A stretch of DNA of 61,395 nt, filler included, from Globobulimina sp. (taxonomy: Eukaryota): the NCBI GenBank assembly GCA_003354225.1. It is 16 parts of 16 records of this genome, joined end to end, with 100 filler letters (N's around TTAATTAATTAA, not from the genome) between each part and the next. Parts side by side here need not be neighbours in the genome. Positions count along the whole stretch, not along the records: positions 46,144 to 49,881 come from PIVH01002171.1; positions 49,982 to 53,719 come from PIVH01002172.1; positions 53,820 to 57,557 come from PIVH01002173.1; positions 57,658 to 61,395 come from PIVH01002174.1; 12 more parts are not named here. The stretch is one strand, 5' to 3'. Shown one piece after another: positions 47,952 through 61,031 of this stretch. Under the pieces are notes generated by a model. It made no database searches, was not told the DNA's origin, and saw nothing but the letters and a program-made list of their open reading frames with translations. The position numbers and the translations under genes were made by a program. How positions within the stretch are numbered: position 1 is the stretch's first letter; every line of letters begins with the position of its first letter.

Positions 47952-49328
47952 ATGGTCATTATTTGGTTTCTTCTTTCCATGGTTGTATCTATGTTCGCGT
48001 TTAATGCAATATCGTTTGAGCCATTAACATCGCCGACGATTTTACAGCCCTATTCGCCAAATAATTGCAATAGCAAATGCTCATTATCTCGATATATAGA
48101 TAAATCGAATGAAAATGAACAATATTATTGGTTAACAGCATCATCATTAAATAGTGCATCAACTGACTGGATTATTGAAAATAACATATATTCAAACCAG
48201 GTCATGCAATATAATAATTCTTTAAACCAAATTACAAATCACTTACCATATATTATGCCAACTTATGTATCGCAAAACTATTCCATCAATGAACCATTCA
48301 GTTCGTGTACATCCATTATTACTAACAATACAATTTTATGTTACAGTTATTCCTCCCAAATGCATATATTAAATGGCCAATGGTCACCGCCAATTATTGT
48401 TGCTCAAAATATAAACAATTATCATTTTCCATTCGAGGTGCTTTGTCTCAATGTATCTCTCGGCAATTATTTGGTGATTATGCATGATGCGGCACACTTT
48501 TATTATACATTATTAGATTCAAACGGTAACGTTAAACAGTTACAAAAACTATTTTTTTCACCAAACATAACCTACCAAGGAAAGATGGATATAAATTATA
48601 TTGCAGTGGAATGTAACACTGCTAATAATACACTGTTGATAACATGGATGAATATACCAAATGAAGACAGTATTGTTTGTCAAAAAAATGTCTATGGAAT
48701 ATTTGCAAAATATGATCCATACAACAATGAAATGACAATTGTAAACGATAAAAGTGAAGAAATCAATCTGAATTCGGATTTTTGGTGTGCTTATCATCCT
48801 ATTTATATCGAATTAAGTGAGCAGAATAATTGTTGCTTTTTTATGCCATATAAAGAACTTTCGGAATTAACCAATGTCGGAATTGGCTTTTTGTCCATAT
48901 TTAATAATAATTTCGAGCATATGCATCATCATTCAAGTCGGAGTAATGATGATATTTATATTGCTGAGCTAAGTTTAAATGTGGATTATAAAATTATAGA
49001 TTTGACAGATTTAAGCACATATGACGATGTTTTAAAATATTTTGCAGTTTTATATTTGGAGGAGAATGAATATTTTAATGGAACCCGATTTAATGTAACT
49101 GTGTATTCGTTGGATTATACCAATAATTTAGAGAATACATTGAAAGTAATTATGGATGAAACGACATTGATAGCAGTTAATGGAGACGTGGAACATTTAT
49201 GTGTTGATTTGGATTCAATAAATAATGTTTTGTTTATATCATGGATCCAATATGTTTATGATGATAACGGTTGTAAACAAGACTCTGCAACGATTGTTGC
49301 TCAAACATGGAATGTTACTTTGTACTGA
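47952..49328 (+). CDS. Secreted hypothetical glycoprotein
   Basis: Signal peptide, many N-x-S/T sites, beta-rich, 458 aa. Confidence 0.65.
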   Translation: MVIIWFLLSMVVSMFAFNAISFEPLTSPTILQPYSPNNCNSKCSLSRYIDKSNENEQYYWLTASSLNSASTDWIIENNIYSNQVMQYNNSLNQITNHLPYIMPTYVSQNYSINEPFSSCTSIITNNTILCYSYSSQMHILNGQWSPPIIVAQNINNYHFPFEVLCLNVSLGNYLVIMHDAAHFYYTLLDSNGNVKQLQKLFFSPNITYQGKMDINYIAVECNTANNTLLITWMNIPNEDSIVCQKNVYGIFAKYDPYNNEMTIVNDKSEEINLNSDFWCAYHPIYIELSEQNNCCFFMPYKELSELTNVGIGFLSIFNNNFEHMHHHSSRSNDDIYIAELSLNVDYKIIDLTDLSTYDDVLKYFAVLYLEENEYFNGTRFNVTVYSLDYTNNLENTLKVIMDETTLIAVNGDVEHLCVDLDSINNVLFISWIQYVYDDNGCKQDSATIVAQTWNVTLY

Positions 49329-50037
49329 TGATAATTCTCATAAAAACTTTTAAGTGTACTTGACTTTTGTTTAACATGGAGTCTACTTTACTTTTAACAA
49401 GCGTGCCAACACCGGAAGACACTGGCAAAACAATCCAATTCCCAACTGAACATGAGATTGATATGTCATCATCGATTGCGTTTGCAAAGCTGCACAGTTG
49501 CAGTTCCTATCGATTCTTTCAAAATTTAGCAACAACGCCTAAGACATATAATGATATTTTAACTCTAATCTCAAAATATTATACTCCTGTTCAGTTTTCT
49601 TATTTGTGTAATGCATCAACATTTGTATAGTGTGTAAACATATTTTGCCCAGAAACAAACAGTCGAAGAAGAAAATATTTGCACTATGATTGATTCGTCG
49701 ACGCCACAAACTGTCCAATGTAATAATATCCCAATACCGTCATGGAAATTGAGCAGTGATAATGAAACCAAATCATATCCATCATTATGTCCTTATTTTT
49801 CGCAACATTTAACATTAGAATTGCTATTTTGGATTTTATTGATTTTGTTTTTCAAAATGGATGGTCCAAATCTAGGATCATNNNNNNNNNNNNNNNNNNN
49901 NNNNNNNNNNNNNNNNNNNNNNNNNTTAATTAATTAANNNNNNNNNNNNNNNNNNNNNNNNNNNNNNNNNNNNNNNNNNNNTTTTATTATTGAACATATT
50001 TAATTTATTACTTCATTATAATGGTTTTGTTTTCCGT

Positions 50038-50658
50038 GATTTAACAATATTTGGCTGGCTCATCTTTTCGTAAAACATTACCTTTTGAAATGAAAATCTG
50101 TTAATTTGTTTACAAACATTTCACAATTTTAATTTGTATAATTTATACAGATAATATATGGATTGGATAGATATCCAATTAACGCTGTAAATGACTGGCA
50201 TTTTAAAGGGATTGACCAGCACATTTAAACATTCTTTGTGGTTTACATTGTTACATTCACCAAACATAAACCACCGCCACCTGCTTGCTTTTATTATTGG
50301 ATAAATTTAAATCATGGATTAATTATCTTCCTCCACCTGCTACTAAGCTGGAAACAAATATTGTGATATTTCAATTAGAAACAAATATGGTACCTTGGTT
50401 CACTGTTTAAATTAGATTGTTGTGATGCTGATAATTAATGTACTGGTCGTTCTTTTGTTGTGAGTTGTGACGGTCAAACAGTCCCTTTAAAATTCCAGTC
50501 ATTTGCAGCCTTGTATCTCCATTCTGACACTCCATATATTATCTGTATAAATTATATAAATGTTTTGTTGTGAATGTTTGTAAACAAACAGAGTTAGTTT
50601 CGGTTCAAAAGGTAAAGTTTTTTTAGGAAATCGAGTCAGGTTAAGTTTTCTGTTAAAT
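50038..50658. repeat. Long imperfect inverted repeat (about 180-nt arms)
   Basis: Blocks TTACCTTTTGAA, TTTGTTTACAAACATT, TATAATTTATACAGATAATATATGGA and AAATGACTGG.ATTTTAAAGGGA each have a colinear reverse complement in 50480-50615. Confidence 0.85.
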
Positions 50659-51169
50659 TTTAGGTTCTTTTTCTTTACAAGTTTTCACGAGTGTCCTAGG
50701 TCCCAATTTATATTGCGCAATATAAGAGCAACGAGTGTTGTTATTTTCAGCAAGCGAATCCGAAAAACCTTAAGCTTCTAATAGCGAAGCCGAATTAAAT
50801 GTCACTCTCTAACATAATAGATCTAAATAACTGACTAACGTGGTTTTTTTTTTATGGCACAAACATTTTTTCGTTCGTCTATTGGATAGGGACCAACTAC
50901 ATTGCTCACAGATGCCTTGCAATTGCAATCATTTGAATGTTTGATTGTACAGTAATTCCCCAAATCAAAAGTAATGGCATAGCAATAAGTACTGTTAACA
51001 TTGTTGGTTTTGTTTAATATGAGCTATATCGCAATATATAAAAGTTAATACTCGCGGAGAACCGGCTCAATACATTATGTTATGGCAATTCTTGCCGCGT
51101 ATGGTAGGGAAAAAAGAGTAGCATCGTTTTTGAAAATCCTCTGCATTTTCTTTCGCTTCAAAAAACTAA

Positions 51170-51375
51170 ACGATATGTTATATAACACCTCCCCTTTGTA
51201 TACCGAATATTTCTCTTACCTTTCCAACAAACGTGAACCGCCTAAAAGATAACCACCTCCCCCTTTGTATACCGAAAATTCAATTATAAATTTGTTCTTT
51301 GTGCTGGATTTGCAAACCCAAGACAAAGTTATAACAAACACAGTACAAATCCGAGACAAACCTATAGCAAACCGA
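51170..51375. mobile_element. MITE-family copy with internally duplicated sub-terminal segment
   Basis: TAA|ACGATAT start. CCCCTTTGTATACCGAA occurs twice. 51255-51330 is the reverse complement of the copies at 26605 and 31870. Confidence 0.65.
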
Positions 51376-51880
51376 CGAGCATTGATAATTTTCTTGGACT
51401 CAAAAAAAAACGTAATAAAATTATACATGCACAAAAATACTTGCATTATGTTGATGCATTCTACACAAACACAAGTTCACGTACACACACATTTGCAAAC
51501 AAATACAAAACTTGCAAACAAATGCAATCAAAAACTTGCAATCAAAAACTTGCAAAAAAAATTGAAACAACAAAAATGGAAAGAAAAACATAAAAAAAAC
51601 ATAAAAATACATAAAAAATAACGAAAAAAAACACATTTCATAACGATTGGCGTTCAACAAAGACAACGACATACATTTCTATTACATATACGGTTACTTT
51701 CAGGCGCAAAAGTATTCAAAATGCAAATCTATTTAAATAATTCGTAGATTTCATAGTTTTTAATGGTCTCTTTCTTTCAAAAAACAAACATGTACAAAAT
51801 TTTTACAAAAAACAATTTAACAGTGAACCATGTATTTATTTAATAATTATCATATTCCTGAACAAAACGAAATACTTTAT

Positions 51881-53400
51881 TTATAATTCCATGTTATCAT
51901 TCAAGGCATAATTATAACCATAGTCCATTGCCATTGCATGCATTGTTTGTGTGTCTGGATTATCATAATTCATTTCATGCGGATTAATATTACATACCAT
52001 CGGCACAGAATCCATTTGCATTTCATTATTATAACCAACCAGAACCGCGTTGTCATAAATGGTTTGATTACACGCATCACAATCAAACTGTGCATGAGCT
52101 TCATAATAACCTCTATTATCATATTGCAATTGCGTTCTATCACTGCTCCCACTCACAAATCCGTACCCAACTAAATTATTATTATTATTAATGCCATTAC
52201 GCGGTGAAAATGTCACTGACCGCGGAGTGTTACCGCTATGCACATAATTATTACCTACGAAGGTAAACGGGCTCTGACTATTATTCGCATTGAAGTTATT
52301 TCCGTGAACCGGTGGCACAGATTGTAATTGTGAGTGATTATAATGTTGCTGTAGCGGTACAGGCACATTGTAAGTGGCGAATGTATTATTGTGTGGGTGT
52401 GGCGGTGGTAGTTGTTTCGAAATGTGTGGATTTGGTGGTTGATAGTGCGTATAATTATCCATCGTATGTAGCGGTGGTGGTAATTGCTGCGTGATATGCG
52501 GTGTATTGTTAACCATCGACATGGAGGTATTGCGAGTGATTGGTTGCGAATTACCGCACATAGGTTGCGGAATACCTATTTGTGCATGTTCCACCTCCAT
52601 CTGATTACACTCCATTTCTTCCCCACTAACAACAGCAACCAAATTAGTCACTGGTTCGTCATCTAACTGCGGCAAACTATGTAACTGTTCATCATTTATG
52701 CTCGATAAGGATGAGGTAAATGAATTAGCACTCAGTGAGGTCAATGAATTATTATTCATCAATGGACATAAATACTGACTATTTTCCGTATTATAGGGAG
52801 GATATACGTTATTATTATGGCCAAAACTTAGTGGAATTCCAACTAAATCAGGCGATGTATCAATTATTATGTCTCCATCAATGAAATTACCAAATGGAAC
52901 CGGTTGGGGTTGTATGGGTTGGCGAGGAGTGACTGTCCAAAACGACATAGTGCCGCACACATATTCATTGATGATATTTATAAATATATAGTCAGCCGCA
53001 GTGGATAGGCGTTGGTCATAATGCATATATTCTTCCTCTTCAATGGCAACAATAAGTTCTGTGATGATATGCATGTAATACACATTGCATTTTGTATCTA
53101 CTTCAGTGATATTCATATGATGCAAGATAATGGGCGGTGGCAGCGCAGTTTGTGGAGTGTGTAATATTTTTTGTAGACATTTTTGTAACGAATGGGCTTT
53201 GTCCGCAGCCTTTTTGCCGCTTTTTATGTTCCAGGACTCAGATTCATCGAAGTGTTGCAAGAGGGAAAGGCACGACCGTCGGAAGAGTGTGTTGTTGGTG
53301 AACACGGTCGGCAGAATTAAGGCGACATCGCGCGTTTTGAGGAAACCTATTTTAGCGGATAATAATTTGCAGAATATGGTGAGGAATAAATTCTTTATGT
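51881..53400 (-). CDS. Hypothetical protein with Pro/Asn/Gln-rich disordered C-terminus (upstream exons likely to about 53656)
   Basis: 474-aa-plus open frame. No domain recognised. Confidence 0.55.
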
Positions 53401-54303
53401 GATAGTCATCCCAGTCATATTTACATCGACCAATTTCATAACAATACTGATATTAAATATATTTCAGACAATGCACAGATGTGATATGTACAGAAAAATA
53501 TATTTATGAGTTGGAGTCATACGTTGTATGTATTTATGAAAATGATTTCTGATAAAATGTGATCTCCGAATACTTTTGGCTTCCACCGATTTAATTTATT
53601 GCGGGCTTTTGATTTATACTCTTTTGCCGATGTGATTTTCGATGCACATTTGCCATGACTTACTACTGTATGCTCTGTGTACATATTGTATTTTTGTTAT
53701 ATTACAAACCATAAAAAATNNNNNNNNNNNNNNNNNNNNNNNNNNNNNNNNNNNNNNNNNNNNTTAATTAATTAANNNNNNNNNNNNNNNNNNNNNNNNN
53801 NNNNNNNNNNNNNNNNNNNTGTAAATGTTGGCAGTTATCGATAATATTCGTTGTTTTATGAATATGATTGCAATTCATCTCAGTTTGTTTGAATAAATTT
53901 AAATCAATTTCGTCATCATTTGTCTTTGGGCCAACACAACCGATATGGTCTTGTTTGTGCGTTTCATTTTGTTTATTCTTATTTGTAGATTGTTTATAAT
54001 TTCTCTCTTTTGGTGTTTCTCGAGATGCCTCATTAACACAACCCATATTGTCTACAGTTCCAAGAAAAGCACAATTTAATTCCTAATTCGAGATTCGTGA
54101 ATTGAATTCTAACAAAATTTGTACCATGCACAGTAAAAAGATCATGTAGTAAAAAGATCATGTACTCATTTCTGTCAAACAACATATCAAAATGAGCAAA
54201 CTCAACATTTTATCATTTTTGAAACAATCATTGTGAATGAGATAGTGAAACAAGTGAATTATTTTAGTGAAGAAAGTGAATTATCATTGCAACTAATATC
54301 AAA

Positions 54304-55042
54304 TTAATGCACTGAAGCTGATGGCATCAAAACCGTACCCATCAAAGTTCTGTGATATGCAGTGGAAGTTTTAGGTCGTGGTGCCATAGTATTTAATGTA
54401 GTATGTGCTCTCCAGACATCTTTAAGATCTTGTCTTGGAAAGCTAGATCTGTTTGGAACGTTTGCTTCATATTTTGGTGATATGTAATCTTTCATTGTAG
54501 AACATCGTAAACGAATTCTTTTTGTTCTCGCAGGTACGGAGCAATTTGCTTTATCAAAAGTTTGTTTCTTTTTCCCTGGAAACATTCGTAATGAATATCG
54601 TGAATAATCTGAGTCTATTTTTTTTGATTGATTTATTATTCTTTTGCCCGGTCTGAATGAACAACTCATATCACCGGAACCATGTGTTTTTGTGCACTGT
54701 TTTTTATGGAAACGATATGTTATCGGATTAGTTGAATCCCAGACTCTATACACATCCTTTGCTGTTGTTTTCGGTCTTGATTTGATATGTGTTTTATGAT
54801 CCAAATAAACTGATGACTTCGCTGTTGAACGATTCGAAAAGCTTCTTTTTGTGGCAATTCTAGCTTCTGCTGTTTTGGGTTTTTGTACCCATTTTTTACC
54901 CGGCTTTGGTTTCAAAAGAGCATATCCAGATAACCATCTTGGCGCAGATGGTGTAGGATCAAACAAATGTGTTTGCGATCTGAAGTTTCTTGTGTTACAC
55001 CGCAACTTATCAAACCTAAAATGCTGTGGACTGCTAGCCATG
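54304..55042 (-). CDS. Hypothetical basic protein
   Basis: About 245-aa open frame with repeated RPKT and PGKK motifs. Confidence 0.5.
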
Positions 55043-55267
55043 ATAATCCTATTCAACTTAAAACAAATTATTAATTGTGTGCAAATTATGAGCTATTGCT
55101 ATATATACAATGCTTAATTCAATTAAAAATAATATAGAAACACATAAAACTGGAAAGAAAAGACCAAAATGGATTTAAATAAACTTATAAAATATAAACA
55201 CAAATAACCAAAACCTAAATTACAATGAAACAAATAACAATACAATCGATTTATATATAACTAATCA

Positions 55268-57557
55268 TCAAAAATAATCATCATAAACAAGTAATTTCTC
55301 CGTTGGATAATATCCATTCATTGCTCTATATTTGCATAATATGCCATCCGTGCTAGTTCTGCTTCTTCTCCTTCTCCGTTGTGCATCATATATTTGATTA
55401 AACGCTTCTAAATTTTTATGTTTCTTCTCTTCGTCTTCCCGTTCTTTCTGCATCTTTCTCATCTGTTTCCTCCTCAGAATCGCATGTCTTATTTTCTTGC
55501 CACCCTCTTCCAGCATACTCCAAAGTGTATCCCCTGAACTCTGAATATCCTGTGTTTCACTTGGCAGTTTCTACCAAAATCATACTTACATAAATCAATT
55601 ATTCCACAAAACAAAAAAACAAATAAAGTAAACAAACCCAGTGCCGGTGCATCTATATAGCCAAAATATACATTTTCTTTCTTCCATATTACACAAATAC
55701 AAACTTATAAACTTATGCCAATCGCATTTATGCAGTCTCAGTTGTTTTGCTCATACAAAAAAAACACAACACACACACACCACGCACACACCACATACCT
55801 TTAGGAACACAGAAGACATTCCCGACGCAATTTTTTCGTGCTTAGGCCTGGGTTTCATCGACGAAAACCTCCTATTAAACTGCGGTCCGGTTGCATGCAG
55901 AGGCGGTGCCAGTAATTGCTCCTCTTTCTGAGGCACTGTTTGTGCGCGGATAACCTGCGGCAAATCCCCACTTTCACTTTGATTTTGAGCTTGGCTGCGC
56001 ATTGGCGGCGGAGCTTCAATCTTCTTCTCCTCCTCTTCGCCATCAATATCATCCCAATCCGAACCATCAGAATCCTCCACCTCCTCCTCCTCCAGCTCCA
56101 CTTCCGTCTCTTCGTCGTCGTCCTCATCCAATTCCATTCTCGAACCAATACCATCGTTATCATTGGAGTCCGAATCCAAATCATCATCGTCCAGATCTTC
56201 ATCGCCTTGCATTATCACCTCCAGCGGTGATTTTTTACCTTTGTTGTCAGTCAGCGTACTGCTGAAATGTGGCATATCCGCCACATTAATACTGATGGAA
56301 TAGGAGTGTCGCAGCGGTTTATTTTTATTGTGAGCCTCTTCCTCTTTCATTTCCGTATCCTCCTTGGCCTCGTAGCTGCCTTTCGGTGTCGCACAGACAC
56401 TGCCTTCCTCCTCTTTGATTTCCTGCGTAATGCTCGATTCTAATGACTGTGAACTGTCCTTCTCCAATGCTTCAACGTCGTCATCCAGTGTCTTTGCCAT
56501 CTCTTCGTCCGAATCTGTCACAGGTTTGGCCTCTCCGAACTTGAGCGTGGTGGGCAATTTTCCGCGTTGCATCAGGCTCTCCTTCAAATCATTCAAAAAT
56601 CGCTGCGTGGACAACAAGATATCATTCGGATGGCGCCGGTCGTAGCCACCTAAGTCATTATAGGCGTCAAAGCCGGCGATATCCGTCACGATGGAAGTTA
56701 ATATATAGCGATAATCGACAAATATATCGCCATCATGCTCCTCCTCAATGTCAATAATCTGATCGGTTAGTTCCAACACAATATCGAGCTCGTTGTCCAC
56801 TATATCTTTGCCAAAGAAATCTGTTATTAAAATGGCGTTCGGTTCCAGAGATTTGTAGGACAATGAACTGTTGTCCACAATTACTACTTTGCTCAAATCC
56901 TTGTTGTATTTGGTCAGGTCTTTGTGGTGATATATCTTGCCACGTTCGTCGAAATCGTACGTGCAATCTGTGCATATGTGTAATAATAGAAAATAGAAAC
57001 AGTATTATGCAAAAATAACAAAGTGAATATACGACGACTGGCTCAGTAACGCGTTTCCCAGCGAAAGTAAATGATTTTGTTACATGTAAAATGCACATAC
57101 CGTCTCGGAAGAATATGTGTTCCCACAGAGGCTCCTCGGTCTCTTCCTCTTTGCCCATATTCAGACATAAATGGGCGTGCAATTGCTGCATTAAGCCGTC
57201 ATAAACATTTCTATTCGCCGCAGTAAAAAAGACGATATCCCAATGCTGGTCCAATTGGTCGAGAAAGTCCTCCAAACCCGGTCGAATACGCACAATAAAG
57301 CCATCATACACAAAAGCGGCATCTTTGTAGCCTTTGCGTTTCAGCGCAGGCAAAAAATTCTCAATTTCAATGCTGTCGTCTTCGAAGGAGATAAATTTAT
57401 GAAAATGTTCGTCAAATCCAGGCAAATTGTACTCAATTTCACAGCCGATGACTGTCAGTTCTTTGATCAATGTGCTCCGAGAGTCGATAATGGCATTTGT
57501 TTCACTGATTTTATATGGATAGGCAAAGTTTTTCTTTTTTTTAAGACGCGTGGTATT
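55268..57557 (-). CDS. FCP1/SCP (NIF) phosphatase-family protein with acidic tail, multi-exon, 5' truncated
   Basis: VRIRPGLEDFL, FFTAA, FRD-DC, KDL...DLSKVVIVDNS and NAILI. Intron 56968-57100. Confidence 0.8.
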
Positions 57558-58211
57558 NNNNNNNNNNNNNNNNNNNNNNNNNNNNNNNNNNNNNNNNNNN
57601 NTTAATTAATTAANNNNNNNNNNNNNNNNNNNNNNNNNNNNNNNNNNNNNNNNNNNNACCCTTTTTTTGTTAAAATGTGAAGTGTATTTAAATTTTTTCC
57701 TTTAACTGTCTTTGATTTTGTTTGCGTTTACAATGTGATTTGAACATTCGCTCCTTTGGCCATGACTGCATCGCTTAGTAAAAGAACAGTTATCGTCGAA
57801 GGTGTTGATGATTTTTTTGATGCTCACACATAAGTTGACATAAAATCAATCCATCAATTACAAAATTTATTACAATTCACACTTTTTTTTGTATGTGTTG
57901 TTTTTTCTTTGAATTTTTGTGTGTTAATTGGTAAATAAATCAATTTTAATTCAATTTGGAAACACCTTTTATTTGCTACTTTCGACCCCCTACGTACTTA
58001 CGAGAGCCCCCCCCTTTTTTTTCTTTTTTCTATGTTTATTCTATTTTTTATAATTTGTCATGTTTAATTATAGTATTTTCTTGATGTTTTGAAGAAGCAA
58101 ATTATTTAGTTAACACCTACATGCTACAGATATATACATAGGAAAAAGTTATTAAAAATACAAAAATGTCAATCATCAACAGTTGCGTTTGTGTCATCAA
58201 GTATTGTGTGA

Positions 58212-59642
58212 TCAAGTATTCCCTCCCGCAGTCCCTACAACATCGTCATCCATAACCGCCTCTGCAGTGTCTGTATCGTCTATAACCTCTTCGTCATAGC
58301 CATCGATATGCATCTCCTCATTCACATATCCTTTTGTCACAACTGCCCCATGGTAATCTTTTAGATCTTGCAACAGATCGTCATCAGCATCATCTTCACC
58401 AACCATTAACTGAACAGGTATTGGCATGCCCGCTGTATTACTATTTACAACAATCAATACATTGTCCATTTTCCTATTAACAGTACGCGATGACATTGAT
58501 TTCAATTCAATCATATCATTCATATTCGGAGGAGGCGGTGGCAGCGTGTTATTACTGCCATTTATATGTTGCAAGGCTCCAATTGCCGAAATGCTTTGAA
58601 CTGTGTTTCTAGACTTTCTTCGTTTTTGTTTTCCAAGTTTATACAATAAAGAAAGTAAGTAAGCAATCACCAAACACACGCATACCACCAACAAGAAGGC
58701 CACAAACATCAGCAATAACTGAGTTGCTGTGCTAGATCCATTTTGTGCCTGTTTTACTGTTGGAGCTACAGTTGGAATTGGTGACGGATGGCTGCTGGCA
58801 ATTTGTGAATCAGCAACATGTACAGTTGGTATATGCGTTGGGGATATGGTCGGAGGTGTTGTTGGATATATGGTGGGAGAAACTGATGGAGAACGGGTTG
58901 GATATATGGTTGGATACAGTGTTGGAAACATGGATGGTGAGCTGGTGGGAGGACTGGATGGGTGTTTTGAAGGGAGAATGGTTGGGTTAATTGTAGGATA
59001 TGCAGTTGGTTGAACAGTGGGATCACATGTTGTAATTTGAGGAGTAACACCGACACCATTGCTCCACACAGCATTTGAAATCAATGTATTTGGTCTGGAG
59101 GTGTCTAGAGATATAATTTGTTTGTATGGTCCACAATCTGTTGCGGAATAGTCGACACAAACACAAGTGTAATGTTCTTGACTGCCGCATTCAGCATCAT
59201 ATATGCGCCAAGCCGGTTGATATGAGGTTGACGACTCGTCGATACATATTGCGTCGAAACCATACCAGGTGCCCGAAGTGGTGGTCACATTCATTTTGTC
59301 GATAACTACTGCATCACCGTGGTTGTTTTCGATCATTATTTTTGCTTCGGGCACCATGTTATATGACGGTTTGTGGCAATTGGATGAGCCTAATGTTGTA
59401 AACATAGGCGAGGACTGTCTATATGCTATGAAGGTAGCAGCAATTGTAGTGGCTGGCAGTGTGTATTGATAGATTGTGAAATTGAACCACAATGTTATAT
59501 GCACTGTGCCCACAGTGTCAGCTGAATAGTAATCAAGCATTGAGGTGCTCAATGATTCGACATCGTTAATAGCTATGGATGGAATTTGGTTAAATGATAT
59601 CAGCAAAAACAACGCAAAAAACGAGTGAACATAGGTTGCCAT
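58212..59642 (-). CDS. Type I membrane protein with PT-repeat mucin-like stalk
   Basis: Signal peptide, Cys-containing ectodomain, (PTxx)n repeats, TM helix and acidic cytoplasmic tail. Confidence 0.8.
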   Translation of the reverse strand: MATYVHSFFALFLLISFNQIPSIAINDVESLSTSMLDYYSADTVGTVHITLWFNFTIYQYTLPATTIAATFIAYRQSSPMFTTLGSSNCHKPSYNMVPEAKIMIENNHGDAVVIDKMNVTTTSGTWYGFDAICIDESSTSYQPAWRIYDAECGSQEHYTCVCVDYSATDCGPYKQIISLDTSRPNTLISNAVWSNGVGVTPQITTCDPTVQPTAYPTINPTILPSKHPSSPPTSSPSMFPTLYPTIYPTRSPSVSPTIYPTTPPTISPTHIPTVHVADSQIASSHPSPIPTVAPTVKQAQNGSSTATQLLLMFVAFLLVVCVCLVIAYLLSLLYKLGKQKRRKSRNTVQSISAIGALQHINGSNNTLPPPPPNMNDMIELKSMSSRTVNRKMDNVLIVVNSNTAGMPIPVQLMVGEDDADDDLLQDLKDYHGAVVTKGYVNEEMHIDGYDEEVIDDTDTAEAVMDDDVVGTAGGNT

Positions 59643-59674
59643 GATAGTTTTCAGGCTTTTCAGAAGCAAAACAT

Positions 59675-60970
59675 TTAATCATTTTGTTGAGAAAAGGCAG
59701 ATTCAAATCTTGCAATATGTTGTGTGAAATAGTTATCATTGAGCATCAACTCCAATGGTTCAACTTTTAACAAGTGTTTCTTTGCCAAGTCGTTCCATTT
59801 TGAATCGCTGACACATGTATTACCATCATTGATATTTAATTTTCTAACATCCACAATTGCGGCACGATTAAATTCTAAGTTATCATCAAAAAATATTTGA
59901 TGAATATTTGTATCATTCTCATTTAAAAGAAACATTTTTCCGCCGTCGCTATTCTCGCCGTGCAAACTCCACCAAACATAGTCATCGGAAAACATCATTG
60001 TTTTGTGTTTTAACGATTGCGTTTTAATAAAATCATAAATGTCTCGTTTATTATTAAAACATGTCACATTGTTCTTGTTGTACCATCCCATTCGATCGAG
60101 TTTATAAAATTCATTTAATTTCATATTTGTAATATCCTTTGTTCGCTCCATGGGATTTCTGCCATTAACACCAACAAATAAATTGATTCCATTCTCTGTC
60201 TCGCGAGTAATGGCAGCAATGTTGGTGTCGTCGAGTATTAACTCATTATATTCATGTTTGTGGCAAAAATTATTAAATTCTTTCATGACATCATCAATGT
60301 CGGTACCAAATGTCCTGAAAACAATGGAAAACGATCGTTTTGCTTCGATTAAGTCATGAATGCAATTCCAAAATGCTGGCATAATGAAGGAATCATTTGT
60401 ATCTGTTTCCATTTTAGTTAAGAGTTTATTGTATTTATTGATATATGTTTTGCTGATTTCATTTATTTTATTCTCAAATAATTGTATAAATTGCAATGTA
60501 TATGACCTTCGTTTATGTTTTATATCTTGATCAGTTTTACCGTATGGCCCCGGATACGGATATTGTTGTTTTACAAATGACATAAATGAAATTAAGTCAT
60601 TTGGTTGAATTGGTGTAATATTGTATGGATAGATTGGTTGCCATATTTTATTATTGATAATAAATGATTGGTTATACTGATAATGCGATGGACAATCATC
60701 AATTTCATACACTTTGCCCCAGCTACATTCGGATAGTACCTCATTTATAACACCTTCCAATGCTTTGCCTTGCACTGCATCCGACATTACAATTGTTTTA
60801 TTGATATCAAAATGCAAAATCAAATGATTATTACTGTTTGCTAATAATTTGCAATTGGATGATATCCATTTTTTAGTGACTAACCTCCACATTATAAATG
60901 TGCTTGATGCGATCCCGGCGGATAATACTGCTTTGTTGCTCCGAGACAACGACATTGTGCAAGCTAACAT
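59675..60970 (-). CDS. HAD-superfamily-like conserved protist protein
   Basis: LHFDINKT (motif I-like), FRTFG and IFFDDN (motif IV-like). Confidence 0.6.
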   Translation of the reverse strand: MLACTMSLSRSNKAVLSAGIASSTFIMWRLVTKKWISSNCKLLANSNNHLILHFDINKTIVMSDAVQGKALEGVINEVLSECSWGKVYEIDDCPSHYQYNQSFIINNKIWQPIYPYNITPIQPNDLISFMSFVKQQYPYPGPYGKTDQDIKHKRRSYTLQFIQLFENKINEISKTYINKYNKLLTKMETDTNDSFIMPAFWNCIHDLIEAKRSFSIVFRTFGTDIDDVMKEFNNFCHKHEYNELILDDTNIAAITRETENGINLFVGVNGRNPMERTKDITNMKLNEFYKLDRMGWYNKNNVTCFNNKRDIYDFIKTQSLKHKTMMFSDDYVWWSLHGENSDGGKMFLLNENDTNIHQIFFDDNLEFNRAAIVDVRKLNINDGNTCVSDSKWNDLAKKHLLKVEPLELMLNDNYFTQHIARFESAFSQQND

Positions 60971-61031
60971 TGCGTAACTAAGTTTTTTGTAATAAATTAA
61001 GATTTTTGAAATCACAAACTTGTGCACCTAA

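Noticed and set aside
50708-50725. 18-bp perfect palindrome TTATATTGCGCAATATAA
   Set aside because: Single occurrence in AT-rich DNA with no supporting context.
54132-54165. 17-nt tandem duplication AGTAAAAAGATCATGT
   Set aside because: Two copies only with no spacer. An ordinary slippage duplication, not CRISPR.
57460-57500. IIDSRSTL as a degenerate DxDxT motif, implying a pseudophosphatase
   Set aside because: The gene is cut by the contig end, so the true DLDET motif may lie upstream.
58729-59074. Several overlapping ORFs with repeated GYMV/WLD patterns
   Set aside because: Alternate-frame shadows of the PT-repeat stalk of the membrane protein.
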